A stretch of DNA of 64,000 nucleotides, from positions 1,226 to 65,225 of the forward strand of contig CAZDGF010000009.1 of NCBI GenBank assembly GCA_964505065.1, in the 5' to 3' direction. Positions 8,566 to 18,871 of the stretch are shown in pieces. Below the pieces are notes generated by a model. It did not search any database, was not told the origin of the DNA, and was given only the letters and a program-made list of their open reading frames with translations. The first letter of the stretch is position 1. Each line of letters opens with the position of its first letter. Made by a program: the position numbers and the translations under genes. Origin of the DNA: an uncultured Chitinophaga sp. (GTDB lineage Bacteria > Bacteroidota > Bacteroidia > NS11-12g > UBA955).

Positions 8566-10002
8566 ATGACAGAAACAAAGGAATTAAAACAAACTTTAGG
8601 GCTTAAAAATGCTACAATGCTTGTGGCTGGCAGTATGATAGGTTCGGGTATTTTTATAGTAAGTGCCGATATGGCAAGGGCTGTAGGTAGTCCTGCATAT
8701 TTACTTTTACTATGGATAATTACAGGCATTATTACCCTAATGGCAGCCCTTTGCTATGGCGAGCTTGCTGCTATGATGCCCAAAGCAGGCGGACAATTCA
8801 TATACCTACAAAGTGCCTTTGGCAATGCCACTGCCTTTGTATATGGTTGGACAGTATTTACCGTTATTCAAACAGGCGTTATTGCTGCTGTAGCTGTTGC
8901 ATTTGCAAAATTTTCGGCTGTATTTTTTCCTGTTTTAGATACTGCTTTTGTTGGTAAATTAAACGAAGGTTTTGCCATAACTTATGGGCAATTGTATGCC
9001 ATAGGCAGTATTTTATTGCTTACTTTTATCAATACTTTGGGGGTAAATTCGGGTAAAACTATTCAAGATATTTTTACTTGGGCAAAATTATTGGCATTGT
9101 TTGCCTTAATTGCTTTAGGTATAAGTATGGGTTTTCAAACTGATACATTTGCACATAATTTTGAAAATATGTGGCAAGCAAGTAGCACCACAAAAGAAGG
9201 TATTATAAAACCAATAGCTGGCTTTGCGCTTTTGGGGGCAATGGGTGCTACTATTATCAATTCGCTATTTAGCTCCGATGCTTGGAACAATGTTACCTTT
9301 ATAGCTGGCGAAATAAAAAACCCAAAACGCAATATTCCACGGAGCCTTATTTTAGGCACTTTAATAGTAACTGTTTTATATATTTTAGCGAATGTAGCTT
9401 ATTTGTGTTTGCTGCCTTTAAATGGTACTCCCAATGGCATTAATGCCATTGAACAAGGCATTCAATTTGCTACCAACGACAGAGTAGGCTCGGCAGCGGC
9501 AAGTATTATTTTTGGTAATACTGCACTCTATATAATGGCTGCGCTAATTATGGTATCTACTTTTGGGTGTAACAATGGTATAATACTGGCTGGAGCAAGA
9601 GTATTCTACGCTATGGCAAGCGAGGGACTTTTTATAAAAAAAGCCAAACAATTAAATGCCAATGCCGTACCCAGCAATGCGCTTTGGCTTCAATGTGCTT
9701 GGGCTTGTGCCTTATGCTTGAGCGGTACTTATAAAGATTTGGTAGCCTATGCCACCTTTGCCTCTGTTTTGTTTTATATAGTTACTGTAGCTGGTTTATT
9801 TGTATTAAGAGTAAAAGAGCCATTAACCGAACGTCCATACAAAGTAATAGGCTACCCAATTTTACCTGCATTGTATATTATTGTGTCATTGCTAATTTGT
9901 ATTATTTTAATCAAATATGATACAACAAATACAGCTTTTGCTTTAACGTGTATAAGCTTGGGTATTCCTGTGTATTATGGGCTTATGAAATGGAGGAGAT
10001 AA
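8566..10002 (+). CDS. APC-family amino acid permease
   Basis: About 12 predicted TM helices. N-terminal GLKNATMLVAGSMIGSGIF signature. Length 478 aa. Confidence 0.85.
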   Translation: MTETKELKQTLGLKNATMLVAGSMIGSGIFIVSADMARAVGSPAYLLLLWIITGIITLMAALCYGELAAMMPKAGGQFIYLQSAFGNATAFVYGWTVFTVIQTGVIAAVAVAFAKFSAVFFPVLDTAFVGKLNEGFAITYGQLYAIGSILLLTFINTLGVNSGKTIQDIFTWAKLLALFALIALGISMGFQTDTFAHNFENMWQASSTTKEGIIKPIAGFALLGAMGATIINSLFSSDAWNNVTFIAGEIKNPKRNIPRSLILGTLIVTVLYILANVAYLCLLPLNGTPNGINAIEQGIQFATNDRVGSAAASIIFGNTALYIMAALIMVSTFGCNNGIILAGARVFYAMASEGLFIKKAKQLNANAVPSNALWLQCAWACALCLSGTYKDLVAYATFASVLFYIVTVAGLFVLRVKEPLTERPYKVIGYPILPALYIIVSLLICIILIKYDTTNTAFALTCISLGIPVYYGLMKWRR

Positions 10003-10021
10003 ATAGTATATAATATCTATC

Positions 10022-10732
10022 ATGAAAAAATCAATATTAACATTCTTATGTTTAATAAACTTATTTAAAATAAAGGCACAAAGCAGTATTTGGGGTACTT
10101 ATTGCGAAAAAGGGGTAAGCAATTACACAAGTAGAAATGTATTTTACAATAATGGTAATTATTTTGGCGTACTTGGATTAATTTTTACTGGCAAACAAAA
10201 TGATACCTTTAATATTAAAGATTATAAATCTCAATGCACTATTGTTAGTGGTAAATGGAAATATTTAAATCAAAAAAAGTCTTTGCAAATTTTAAATAAT
10301 GATAGCTTCCCTGTTTGGCAAATTATAGATAACGGTTCTTCATTAGCAGATAGTATTACCATTCATTGTAAAGATTTATTTGAAAACGAAGTAAAGCAAT
10401 TTTCTATATTCATAAAATTGAATGATACTATGGCTTTAAAAATACACGCTGACACATTAACTGCGATAATAAAATTACCAAAATCAGCCACTATAATATT
10501 AACCCAACAGGGCATTACAACAACTTTTAAAGCTCAAAATAATTTTACAATTAAATACTTTACACCTAATATTTTAATTCCATTTATTCAGTTTAATGCA
10601 ACTTATTACAGGCAGAACAGAATTCAAAAATACACAATTAATAAAAATGCATTACAGCCAAATGGAAAATACTGGCTCTATAAATGTAAATTTAGTGAAA
10701 ATATTAATTGTAGATTTTGTAACAAGAAATAA
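10022..10732 (+). CDS. Hypothetical secreted protein
   Basis: Signal peptide MKKSILTFLCLINLFKIKAQ. No recognised domain. Confidence 0.5.
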   Translation: MKKSILTFLCLINLFKIKAQSSIWGTYCEKGVSNYTSRNVFYNNGNYFGVLGLIFTGKQNDTFNIKDYKSQCTIVSGKWKYLNQKKSLQILNNDSFPVWQIIDNGSSLADSITIHCKDLFENEVKQFSIFIKLNDTMALKIHADTLTAIIKLPKSATIILTQQGITTTFKAQNNFTIKYFTPNILIPFIQFNATYYRQNRIQKYTINKNALQPNGKYWLYKCKFSENINCRFCNKK

Positions 10733-11092
10733 ACTAATAAGTATAAAATTCTCTTTAAAAAACTCAATAAAAATTTTTTTAGCTATGTTGGGCAAAGAAT
10801 AAAAAAACTCAAAAAAATTAACCGAAATAATTGCAAGCAAAGCCCGAATACTTTAGGATATTATTGAAAAGACATTATTTAAGCTATGAAATAACAAATG
10901 AAAACAATACATTTATATAACCAAATGAATGCCGTAAAGGAAATTTTTATTCTTACTATATAATTCGTGTTTATGTTAAAATTATAAAACAGAAAATAAA
11001 ATTGCTAAAAAACAATTCAACAATATAACAACTATTCTCACTTGAAAATGAAAGTAATTCAAAAAATAATCTAATTTCGTACCCATATTTAT

Positions 11093-12730
11093 ATGAGCAG
11101 CACAGTAGATTTAGAATTCAATAAAAATGAAGACCTTAACAAGCAATTAGTATTTGAACTTAAAACTCGGTTTAAAAAAGTAGCCCTTGGTGGTGGCGAA
11201 AAAGCAGCTGCTAAACAAAAAGAAAAAGGCAAAATGCTATGCCGTGAGCGTATAGAATACCTTAGAGATGCAGATACCCCTTTTGTAGAAATAGGGGCAT
11301 TTACTGGCGATGGAATGTATGCTGAACATGGCGGTTGCCCTAGCGGAGGTGTTGTTGCTGGTATTGGTTATGTAAGTGGTAAGCAATGTATGATAGTGGC
11401 AAACGATGCCACAGTAAAAGCAGGTGCTTGGTTTCCTATTACAGCCAAAAAGAATTTAAGAGCGCAAGAAATAGCTATGGAAAACCGCCTACCTGTTATC
11501 TATTTGGTAGATAGCGCAGGCGTATTTTTACCTATGCAAGATGAAATTTTTCCTGATAAAGAGCATTTTGGGCGTATGTTTCGCAACAATGCCATAATGA
11601 GCAGCATGGGTATTACCCAAATAGCGGCTGTTATGGGCAGTTGTGTGGCTGGTGGTGCATATTTACCCATTATGAGTGATGAGGCGTTAATTGTAGAAAA
11701 AACAGGTTCTATATTTTTGGCAGGCAGCTATTTGGTAAAAGCAGCAATTGGGGAAGATATAGACAATGAAACGCTTGGCGGGGCTACTACACAAAGCGAA
11801 ATAAGCGGTGTAATAGACGATAAATTTCCTGATGATAAAAGCTGTTTAGATAGAATAAAATACATAATGGATAAAATAGGCAGTTTTGAAACTGCTGGTT
11901 TCGATAGAAAAAAAGCCTTTAAACCCATAAAAAAAGAAAGTGATATTTATGGCATTTTACCTAACGATAAATCGAAAACGTATAATACAATGGAGATTAT
12001 AGAACGCCTTGTAGATGCCAGTGAATTTGAACAATATAAAGAAGGCTATGGCAAAAGTATTATTTGCGGCTATGCCCGTATTGAGGGTTGGGCGGTAGGC
12101 ATTGTAGCCAATAACCGTACATTGGTAAAAAGCAAAAAAGGCGAAATGCAATTTGGTGGTGTAATATACAGCGATAGTGCAGATAAAGCAGCAAGATTTA
12201 TTATGAATTGTAACCAAAAGAAAATACCATTGGTATTTCTACAAGATGTTACAGGCTTTATGGTAGGCAGCCGAAGCGAGCAAGGCGGCATAATAAAAGA
12301 TGGAGCTAAAATGGTGAATGCTATGAGCAATAGCACTGTACCAAAATTTACAATTATAATGGGCAATAGTTTTGGCGCTGGTAATTATGCCATGTGTGGC
12401 AAGGCTTACGACCCACGCTTAATTTTTGCTTGGCCTGGTTGTAAAATTGCTGTAATGGGTGGCGAGCAAGCTGCTAAAACATTGCTTCAAATAGAAAAAG
12501 CAAGTCTTTTAGCCAAAGGAGAGGTAATAACCCCAGAAGCCGAAAAAGCTTTGCTAGATAAAATTACGGATAGATACAATACACAAATGAGTCCTTACTA
12601 TGCTGCTTCAAGACTTTGGGTAGATGGTATTATTGACCCACTAGAAACACGCACCATTATTAGCGAAGGGATTTCAATGGCTAACCATGCGCCAGTGGCT
12701 AAATACAATGTTGGTGTATTGCAAACGTAA
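11093..12730 (+). CDS. Acyl-CoA carboxylase carboxyltransferase (beta) subunit, methylcrotonoyl-CoA carboxylase-like
   Basis: 545 aa. Two carboxyltransferase halves (ANDATVKAGAW, SCVAGGAYLP, FLQDVTGFMVG, GNSFGAGNYAMCG). Subfamily assignment (MCC vs PCC) is not certain. Confidence 0.8.
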   Translation: MSSTVDLEFNKNEDLNKQLVFELKTRFKKVALGGGEKAAAKQKEKGKMLCRERIEYLRDADTPFVEIGAFTGDGMYAEHGGCPSGGVVAGIGYVSGKQCMIVANDATVKAGAWFPITAKKNLRAQEIAMENRLPVIYLVDSAGVFLPMQDEIFPDKEHFGRMFRNNAIMSSMGITQIAAVMGSCVAGGAYLPIMSDEALIVEKTGSIFLAGSYLVKAAIGEDIDNETLGGATTQSEISGVIDDKFPDDKSCLDRIKYIMDKIGSFETAGFDRKKAFKPIKKESDIYGILPNDKSKTYNTMEIIERLVDASEFEQYKEGYGKSIICGYARIEGWAVGIVANNRTLVKSKKGEMQFGGVIYSDSADKAARFIMNCNQKKIPLVFLQDVTGFMVGSRSEQGGIIKDGAKMVNAMSNSTVPKFTIIMGNSFGAGNYAMCGKAYDPRLIFAWPGCKIAVMGGEQAAKTLLQIEKASLLAKGEVITPEAEKALLDKITDRYNTQMSPYYAASRLWVDGIIDPLETRTIISEGISMANHAPVAKYNVGVLQT

Positions 12731-12732
12731 AG

Positions 12733-13506
12733 TTAAAAAAGCACCTCAGCTCTAAATTCAAATCTTCTGATATTTAAATTGGCTTGAATAGGTTCAAAAT
12801 TTCCTCTCCAACCAAAATTATTGATATATCCTATTGCATTTTGAGCTGTAAAACCAAATTTCATACTGAAAATATTTTGTCTTTGTGTTCTATACGAACG
12901 CCCAATGCCATAGCCATAAGTAATGCCTCCATTTTTTATTGGACTACCTTCAGAAATATTAAAACCATAACCTAAATTACCATAAAAAAACATTGATTTT
13001 GGTTTGTTCTGTAAATATTGTCTAATATGCGCCTCTATTGGTAGCGCAACAAAACTATACAAAGCATAAGGATTAAAACCAACCATAGCACCTACTTGTG
13101 TTTTTTTAGCAACTTTTTTTAAAACAGCCATACGTAGTACAAAATTTGTTGTAGGCGTTGGTCCCCAGCCCCATTTATCAGCCAAGCCTCCTAAAAAACC
13201 AATTTGCAAGCCTAAACGCCAACCAGTATCTGGTAAATTTCTTTTGTATTTAATCAGTTTTCCTTTTTTATAAGAAATATTTTGATTTGTTTCACTAAAT
13301 GTAATATCTACAACTTCGGCAATATTTAGTTTTGTTATTAATCCATATTGTTTAAAAACTATAAATGAATCGGGAACTATTTTAACTAATTCTCCTTTAA
13401 TTTTCAACCCGCTTTTTAATTTTATAAGATATAAATCGGAATGTTGACTGTAACAATTGTATGAAATTAACGTTATACAAATAATAAGAAATTGCTTTTT
13501 TAACAT
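12733..13506 (-). CDS. Hypothetical secreted/outer-membrane protein
   Basis: Signal peptide MLKKQFLIICITLISYNCYSQ. Gly/aromatic-rich C-terminal half ending in F (beta-barrel-like). Confidence 0.45.
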   Translation of the reverse strand: MLKKQFLIICITLISYNCYSQHSDLYLIKLKSGLKIKGELVKIVPDSFIVFKQYGLITKLNIAEVVDITFSETNQNISYKKGKLIKYKRNLPDTGWRLGLQIGFLGGLADKWGWGPTPTTNFVLRMAVLKKVAKKTQVGAMVGFNPYALYSFVALPIEAHIRQYLQNKPKSMFFYGNLGYGFNISEGSPIKNGGITYGYGIGRSYRTQRQNIFSMKFGFTAQNAIGYINNFGWRGNFEPIQANLNIRRFEFRAEVLF

Positions 13507-13562
13507 TTTAATTTGTTTTATTCATCAAAAATAGCGTATTTCGATTTAATTATTCAAAAATT

Positions 13563-14795
13563 ATGAAAAAAAATATTTTTAAAACCTCATTTTTATTCTT
13601 GTTTTCGGCTTTAATACTCAATAGCTGTCAAGATAAATGCTTTTATTACGAAGATTCAATTGAATACCATGAAATACTTGGCGATGTAAGCGATGTAAAA
13701 AATTCGTTTGCCGTAAAAACAGATTTTGCTATAAAAAAACCAGGCACAATTTATACCTACAATCAATATTTATTAGTAGCCGAAAAAAATGAAGGTATTC
13801 ATATTTTAAACAATGCAAATCCTGCTTCTCCTATTCCTTTAAAATTTATACAATTGAAAGGCAATAGTAGCTTTGTAGTTGCTAATAATATTCTTTTGGC
13901 AGAAAATGGTGCAGATTTATTGTCTATCAATATTTCAGATTTGAACAATATAACACTAGAAAATAGAGTGGAAGGTGTAAATAACGATGTTTTAAGAGGT
14001 AATAATAAATTGGTAATTGGATATAATGAAGTTAAAATAAGAAAAAAGGTAGAATGCAATGGTAGTTTTAGAGAAAGAAATAATATGATGGCAGATGCAA
14101 TATCTTCTCCTGCAATAAATGTAAATGCTGGCAAAGGTGGCTCTATGGCTAAATTTACTGTGTTAGGCAATTATTTGTATATTGCCCATAGTTCAAAGTT
14201 ATTGCCTTTAAATATTAGCAACCCAAGCAGCCCTGTAAAGAAACTTTCTATCAGTTTTACAGAGGGCAATGTAGAAACCATTTTCCCTTATAAAAATTTC
14301 TTATATTTTGGAACATCTTCTGGCGTATTGGTTTACGATTGTGCATCAAATCCTGAAGTGCCAAAATATAGAAACACCTTACGCCATGCAATAGGCTGCG
14401 ACCCAGTAATAGTAAGCGATGATATTTGTTTTTCTACTATTAGAAACGGTACAGCTTGTAGAAATAATAATACAGTAAATGAATTAAATATTTATGATGT
14501 AAAAAATGTAAGTATGCCTATACAATTAAGAAACGTACCAATGGATAATCCCTATGGATTAGGCATAAAAAATGATGTATTATTTATTTGCCAAGCAAAT
14601 AAAGGGCTTACAGTATTGAATTGGAATGCAGCAAATAAAAATGTTACACTAAAACACAATTACAATGATATTCATGCTTACGATGTAATTGTAAATGGCA
14701 ATACGCTAATTGTAACTGCCGAAAACGGGCTTTTCCAGTTTGATTGCACAGATACTGATAATATAAGATATTTAAGTACTTTGGTAAATTTTTAA
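13563..14795 (+). CDS. Lipoprotein with LVIVD-like beta-propeller repeats
   Basis: Lipobox LILNSC. Repeated pattern YLLVAEKNEGIHILNNANPASP / NYLYIAHSSKLLPLNISNPSSP / NFLYFGTSSGVLVYDCASNPEVP. Confidence 0.55.
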   Translation: MKKNIFKTSFLFLFSALILNSCQDKCFYYEDSIEYHEILGDVSDVKNSFAVKTDFAIKKPGTIYTYNQYLLVAEKNEGIHILNNANPASPIPLKFIQLKGNSSFVVANNILLAENGADLLSINISDLNNITLENRVEGVNNDVLRGNNKLVIGYNEVKIRKKVECNGSFRERNNMMADAISSPAINVNAGKGGSMAKFTVLGNYLYIAHSSKLLPLNISNPSSPVKKLSISFTEGNVETIFPYKNFLYFGTSSGVLVYDCASNPEVPKYRNTLRHAIGCDPVIVSDDICFSTIRNGTACRNNNTVNELNIYDVKNVSMPIQLRNVPMDNPYGLGIKNDVLFICQANKGLTVLNWNAANKNVTLKHNYNDIHAYDVIVNGNTLIVTAENGLFQFDCTDTDNIRYLSTLVNF

Positions 14796-14844
14796 AGAAT
14801 TGAAGTCATAGGGCTTATAAATTTTAAACTCTACCTTTGCGGCA

Positions 14845-15732
14845 TTGAAAAAAATATTTTCGCCAGGTGTAACTTTAATGTTGGTGGCTGGTTTTTCTTT
14901 TGCTTGGATGAATGTTTGCGTAAAATATATTCCACATATTCCTTTTGTAGAAATTATTTTGGCAAGAGCAATTATTACAATTATTATCAGTTATTCTATA
15001 TTAAAAAGAAGAAAAATTCATCCATGGGGTAAGCATCATCGGTTTTTATTAGCCAGAGGCATATTTGGAGCATGTGGATTAATTTGCTATTTTTATACTT
15101 TACAGCAAATGGCTTTAGCAAATGCTATTGTTATACATTATGTAAGCCCTATATTTACAGCTATTATAGCTTTTTTGTTTTTAAAAGAAAAAATTAGAAC
15201 AGTGCAATGGTTAAGTTTCATAATAACCTTTAGTGGAGTGATAATGGTAAAAGGATTTGCCAATGTTAATGCCTTCGATTTTTTTATTGGTATTTTAGGT
15301 GCGTTGTTTACAGGCTTGGCATACAATGCTATCCGCAATATGAAAGATAAAGAAAATGCCGATGTTATTGTGTTTTATCAACCAATGGTGGCTTTGGTTT
15401 TGGTTGTAGTTTATTACATTATATTTCCAAATAAATTGATAATGCCAAAAGGAATAGATTGGTTGTTTTTATTAGGCACAGGCATATTTACCCAAATTGG
15501 ACAATATTATATAACAAGAGCCTATCAAAAAGATACGGCAGCTAGAATAAGTAGCGTTAGTTATGTTGGTATTATTTGGGCTGTTTTGTTTGGTAAATTT
15601 TTATTCTGCGAAACATATACTATTGATATATTGCTTGGTATGGCAATAGTTATTTTAGGAGTGGTTATCAATTTAAATACAAATAAATTAATTTATTCAA
15701 GTAAAAAAATTAAAAACAGATATAAAAATTAA
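14845..15732 (+). CDS. EamA/DMT-family transporter
   Basis: 10 TM helices in two EamA halves. TTG start in the track; the true start is uncertain. Confidence 0.75.
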   Translation: MKKIFSPGVTLMLVAGFSFAWMNVCVKYIPHIPFVEIILARAIITIIISYSILKRRKIHPWGKHHRFLLARGIFGACGLICYFYTLQQMALANAIVIHYVSPIFTAIIAFLFLKEKIRTVQWLSFIITFSGVIMVKGFANVNAFDFFIGILGALFTGLAYNAIRNMKDKENADVIVFYQPMVALVLVVVYYIIFPNKLIMPKGIDWLFLLGTGIFTQIGQYYITRAYQKDTAARISSVSYVGIIWAVLFGKFLFCETYTIDILLGMAIVILGVVINLNTNKLIYSSKKIKNRYKN

Positions 15733-15804
15733 AAACCAATTAAAAAGAAAACTTCAATAAATACATTCTTAAATTTTATAATTTTTTTTCTTAATTTTGC
15801 AATC

Positions 15805-16338
15805 ATGAAATTCAAAAATATAATCGTTGCAGCCTTATTAATTTCTGCTATTTTTGCTTGTAATAATACAGCTAAAGAAACAAAAACTGCTACCGAAGAG
15901 CCAGAAGAATGCAAACAAGAAGATAAACTTACCCCTACTTTAACCAATGGATACTATGGTGCCGAGTTTGATATAGCCAATGCCATAAGCCTTGAAGATG
16001 CAACAAAAGCATACAAAGAAAAGGGAGCAAAAGAAGCTAAAATAAGCGGTACTATTGAAGCTATTTGCCAAAGCAAGGGTTGTTGGTTTAAAATTAAAGG
16101 AAATACAAGCATACAAACTATTGATTTTGCACATAAATTTTTGATGCATAAAGACAAAGCGGGTAAAAAAGTAATAGCCAATGGCACTTTTTACAATGAT
16201 ACTACAAGCGTAGAGCAACAAATACACGAGGCTGTAGATGATGAAAAAAGTATGAGCCTTGAAGAAGCTAAAAAGAAATTTACTACACCGCTTATCACTA
16301 CTGGTTTTACTGCTACTGGTATTAAGCTGGTGGATTAA
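15805..16338 (+). CDS. DUF4920-like lipoprotein
   Basis: Lipobox ISAIFAC. CQSKGCWFK motif, as I remember for DUF4920. Confidence 0.5.
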   Translation: MKFKNIIVAALLISAIFACNNTAKETKTATEEPEECKQEDKLTPTLTNGYYGAEFDIANAISLEDATKAYKEKGAKEAKISGTIEAICQSKGCWFKIKGNTSIQTIDFAHKFLMHKDKAGKKVIANGTFYNDTTSVEQQIHEAVDDEKSMSLEEAKKKFTTPLITTGFTATGIKLVD

Positions 16339-16355
16339 ATAAAAAAATTCAACGA

Positions 16356-17432
16356 TTGTTTAAAAATAAATTCTATATATTAATAAGTGTTTTTTTATTA
16401 CTATCATGTAATAAGAAAAAAATAAATGAGCCTTTACAAATTGAAAATTGGAAAAAATTAAACTCTAATTTAATGTATAGCAAACAAATAGATACCCTAA
16501 AAAATGGCAATATAATTATTTATAACAATACAGGATTTGAGGTATTTGATAGTAAAACATTAAATTTAATCCAAAACCAAAGTTTAAAGTTTAATTATAT
16601 TGTTAATGATTATACTTACGTTTTGAACACAACTGTTATAGATAACTATTTAATTGTATTCAGAAAATTAAACACTTTAGAAAGTGTATTTATGGTTTAT
16701 GATTTTAACGGCAATAAAAACGTAAACGAAGCAATTTTGAATATTGATACAATTACTGAAATTTCAAAAAATAATTTTAGTTGTAATTTGTCAAAAATGA
16801 AAAATAAAAATGGCAATTTTGATTTATTGGTTGAATATTACATTGATGAAAAATTTGTACTTTATTCTATAAATTTTGAACAACTTTTTAATAGATTCAA
16901 CACAAATAATAGTTCATGTATAAAATTTGTTTCCGATTATTCTCAAGCAGCAAATCAATATTCTGAATTTATGAAAATTAGATTTGTATCAACAGATTTA
17001 AATGGAAATATCATTGCAACATTTAACCATGATTTTGGCAAAAATTTGGGAGGTTTAGTGTTTGATATTAAAGGAAATATAGTTGCAGAATTACCTACTA
17101 AAGGTAACTCTTTTTATTTAGAAAATAAATTGTATTCTATTAACAACTATGAAATTTACAAGTATTCAAACAATTATCTTTCATCTGAAAAACTTATTAT
17201 TCAAAATAACTTAATTCCTAAGGGAACAGATATAAAACCTTTGAATAACAAAAATTTATTTTATTTAAACAATGACAAATTAATAACTTTAAATAATGAA
17301 GATTTCAAATTTAAAATTAATTCTTATTCTCATTTATCTGGCTACAATTTAAAATTACAAAACTCAAAATTTACTTTTGTTTCAAATTTGGAAAATGATA
17401 TGTTTTATCTTCCAAATTCATCTTTGAAATAG
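16356..17432 (+). CDS. Hypothetical Asn-rich lipoprotein
   Basis: TTG start. Lipobox FLLLSC. Very AT-rich and Asn/Lys/Ile-rich. No recognisable domain. Confidence 0.45.
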   Translation: MFKNKFYILISVFLLLSCNKKKINEPLQIENWKKLNSNLMYSKQIDTLKNGNIIIYNNTGFEVFDSKTLNLIQNQSLKFNYIVNDYTYVLNTTVIDNYLIVFRKLNTLESVFMVYDFNGNKNVNEAILNIDTITEISKNNFSCNLSKMKNKNGNFDLLVEYYIDEKFVLYSINFEQLFNRFNTNNSSCIKFVSDYSQAANQYSEFMKIRFVSTDLNGNIIATFNHDFGKNLGGLVFDIKGNIVAELPTKGNSFYLENKLYSINNYEIYKYSNNYLSSEKLIIQNNLIPKGTDIKPLNNKNLFYLNNDKLITLNNEDFKFKINSYSHLSGYNLKLQNSKFTFVSNLENDMFYLPNSSLK

Positions 17433-17456
17433 AAGCAATCTAATACTCTTCCTCTC

Positions 17457-18641
17457 TTACTTTATCATCCCTCCCCATAAAAAATTATCGAAAGCTTGGT
17501 TTGGAAATTTGCCTATTACTTTGCCTTGTGTAATGTTTAAGTTTTTTGCTAAATTGAGCATTTTGCGGTTATCCGTTTCATAAGCAGTTTCTTTTACTTC
17601 GTAAGCTACTTTTTTATTTAAAATAAAATCTATCTCTTGTCCAGTTTTTAGCTGATAGTAAGCCAGATCGCCATAATGGTGTAGCTGATTGTGTACCGCA
17701 TTTTCAAATTTTGAACCGCTTCCAAGTTCGGCACAAATATTGGCTATGCCATTGTCGTAAAAATACAATTTTCTTGCTTTTACAATCTCCTTATCAGGAC
17801 TTAATGAATATACAGGCAATGTTTTTATTAAATAGGTATTTTCTAATAAATCTATGTAATTATCTACAGTTTGCCTTGCTATTTTGGCACTTACAGCCAG
17901 TTTAGATACATCAATTTTATTGCCTATTCTACTGGCTAATAAGCGCACCAAATTATAAATATCTGCAGTTTTTCTAATATCTGCAAGCTGCATAATATCT
18001 ATATTGATATACGAACTCAATATATCTTGTAAAATATCTGTTTTTTCTGCATTGGTTTTGGCTAAAGCCACTTGTGGAAAACCCCCAAACTGAATGTAAT
18101 TTTCGTAGTGCAGTTTCAATCTATCATATTCGGCTGCAATATTTATAATACTTTCTAAAGCCTTGTTGTGCTTATATTTTACGCCATTAAACTCTAAATA
18201 TTCACCAAAAGTTAATGGATATATTTCAAATATTTTTTTACGCCCTGCCATCGATTCTTGAAACTTATTTTTTAAATAATAAGAACTTGAACCTGTAACA
18301 ATAAATTTAATGTTATAGTGGTCGTTCAAATACTTAATAACACTTGGAATATTAGGCACCAATTGTATTTCATCTAAACATATCATTACCCTTTCCTTAA
18401 AATCAATGCCTTGTTGTTCTAAATATTGAATAGTTAGTTCATAATTATCGTACTCAAATATTTTACGGTAATTTATACGTTCTAAATCAAAAAATAATTT
18501 TTGTTTGATAGGCGAAGCTTCCATTAGTTGCTTTACCAATGTGGTTTTACCTGTTCTGCGCATGCCTGTAAGCACCGTTACTTGCTGCTTATCTAAGTGT
18601 GCATAAAGACTTTCAAATATATTTCTATTAAATTCCATCAT
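17457..18641 (-). CDS. AAA-superfamily ATPase with DUF4143-type C-terminal domain
   Basis: Walker A LTGMRRTGKTTL, Walker B ICLDEIQ, C-terminal restriction-endonuclease-like DUF4143 region (EIDFIL...YEVK). Confidence 0.8.
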   Translation of the reverse strand: MMEFNRNIFESLYAHLDKQQVTVLTGMRRTGKTTLVKQLMEASPIKQKLFFDLERINYRKIFEYDNYELTIQYLEQQGIDFKERVMICLDEIQLVPNIPSVIKYLNDHYNIKFIVTGSSSYYLKNKFQESMAGRKKIFEIYPLTFGEYLEFNGVKYKHNKALESIINIAAEYDRLKLHYENYIQFGGFPQVALAKTNAEKTDILQDILSSYINIDIMQLADIRKTADIYNLVRLLASRIGNKIDVSKLAVSAKIARQTVDNYIDLLENTYLIKTLPVYSLSPDKEIVKARKLYFYDNGIANICAELGSGSKFENAVHNQLHHYGDLAYYQLKTGQEIDFILNKKVAYEVKETAYETDNRKMLNLAKNLNITQGKVIGKFPNQAFDNFLWGGMIK

Positions 18642-18717
18642 ACTTTAAACTATTTATACTGCAAATATATACTATTTATAATTATTAATATAATTAATTA
18701 TAAACTATTTTATAGTT

Positions 18718-18752
18718 ATACTTTACAAATAGTAATACTATTTGTAAAGTAT
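18718..18752. promoter_or_regulatory. 35-bp perfect palindrome (17-bp arms, 1-nt centre) in a divergent promoter region
   Basis: ATACTTTACAAATAGTA-A-TACTATTTGTAAAGTAT, checked base by base. Lies 77 bp from the ATPase ATG (18641) and 120 bp from the maeB ATG (18872). Confidence 0.5.
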
Positions 18753-18871
18753 TTTATTTATATTGCTGATTATCAATATTATAATAATATTAAAAATTAG
18801 TAGTTTTGAGCAGGCAATATGATTTTATTTTAATCTATCAAAAAAATAGCCTTAATTCGCATTGCAAAATT

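Noticed and set aside
18806-18871. N-terminal extensions given by the ORF track. These are maeB from TTG 18806, rplV from 61132, the TPR lipoprotein from 35466, the porQ-like gene from 39601, the DUF4271-like gene from 25553, the OMP from 31761 and the PPIase from 23828.
   Set aside because: The extensions overlap neighbouring genes or precede canonical N-termini and signal peptides that begin at internal ATGs. Conserved family N-termini, as I recall them, start at the internal sites.
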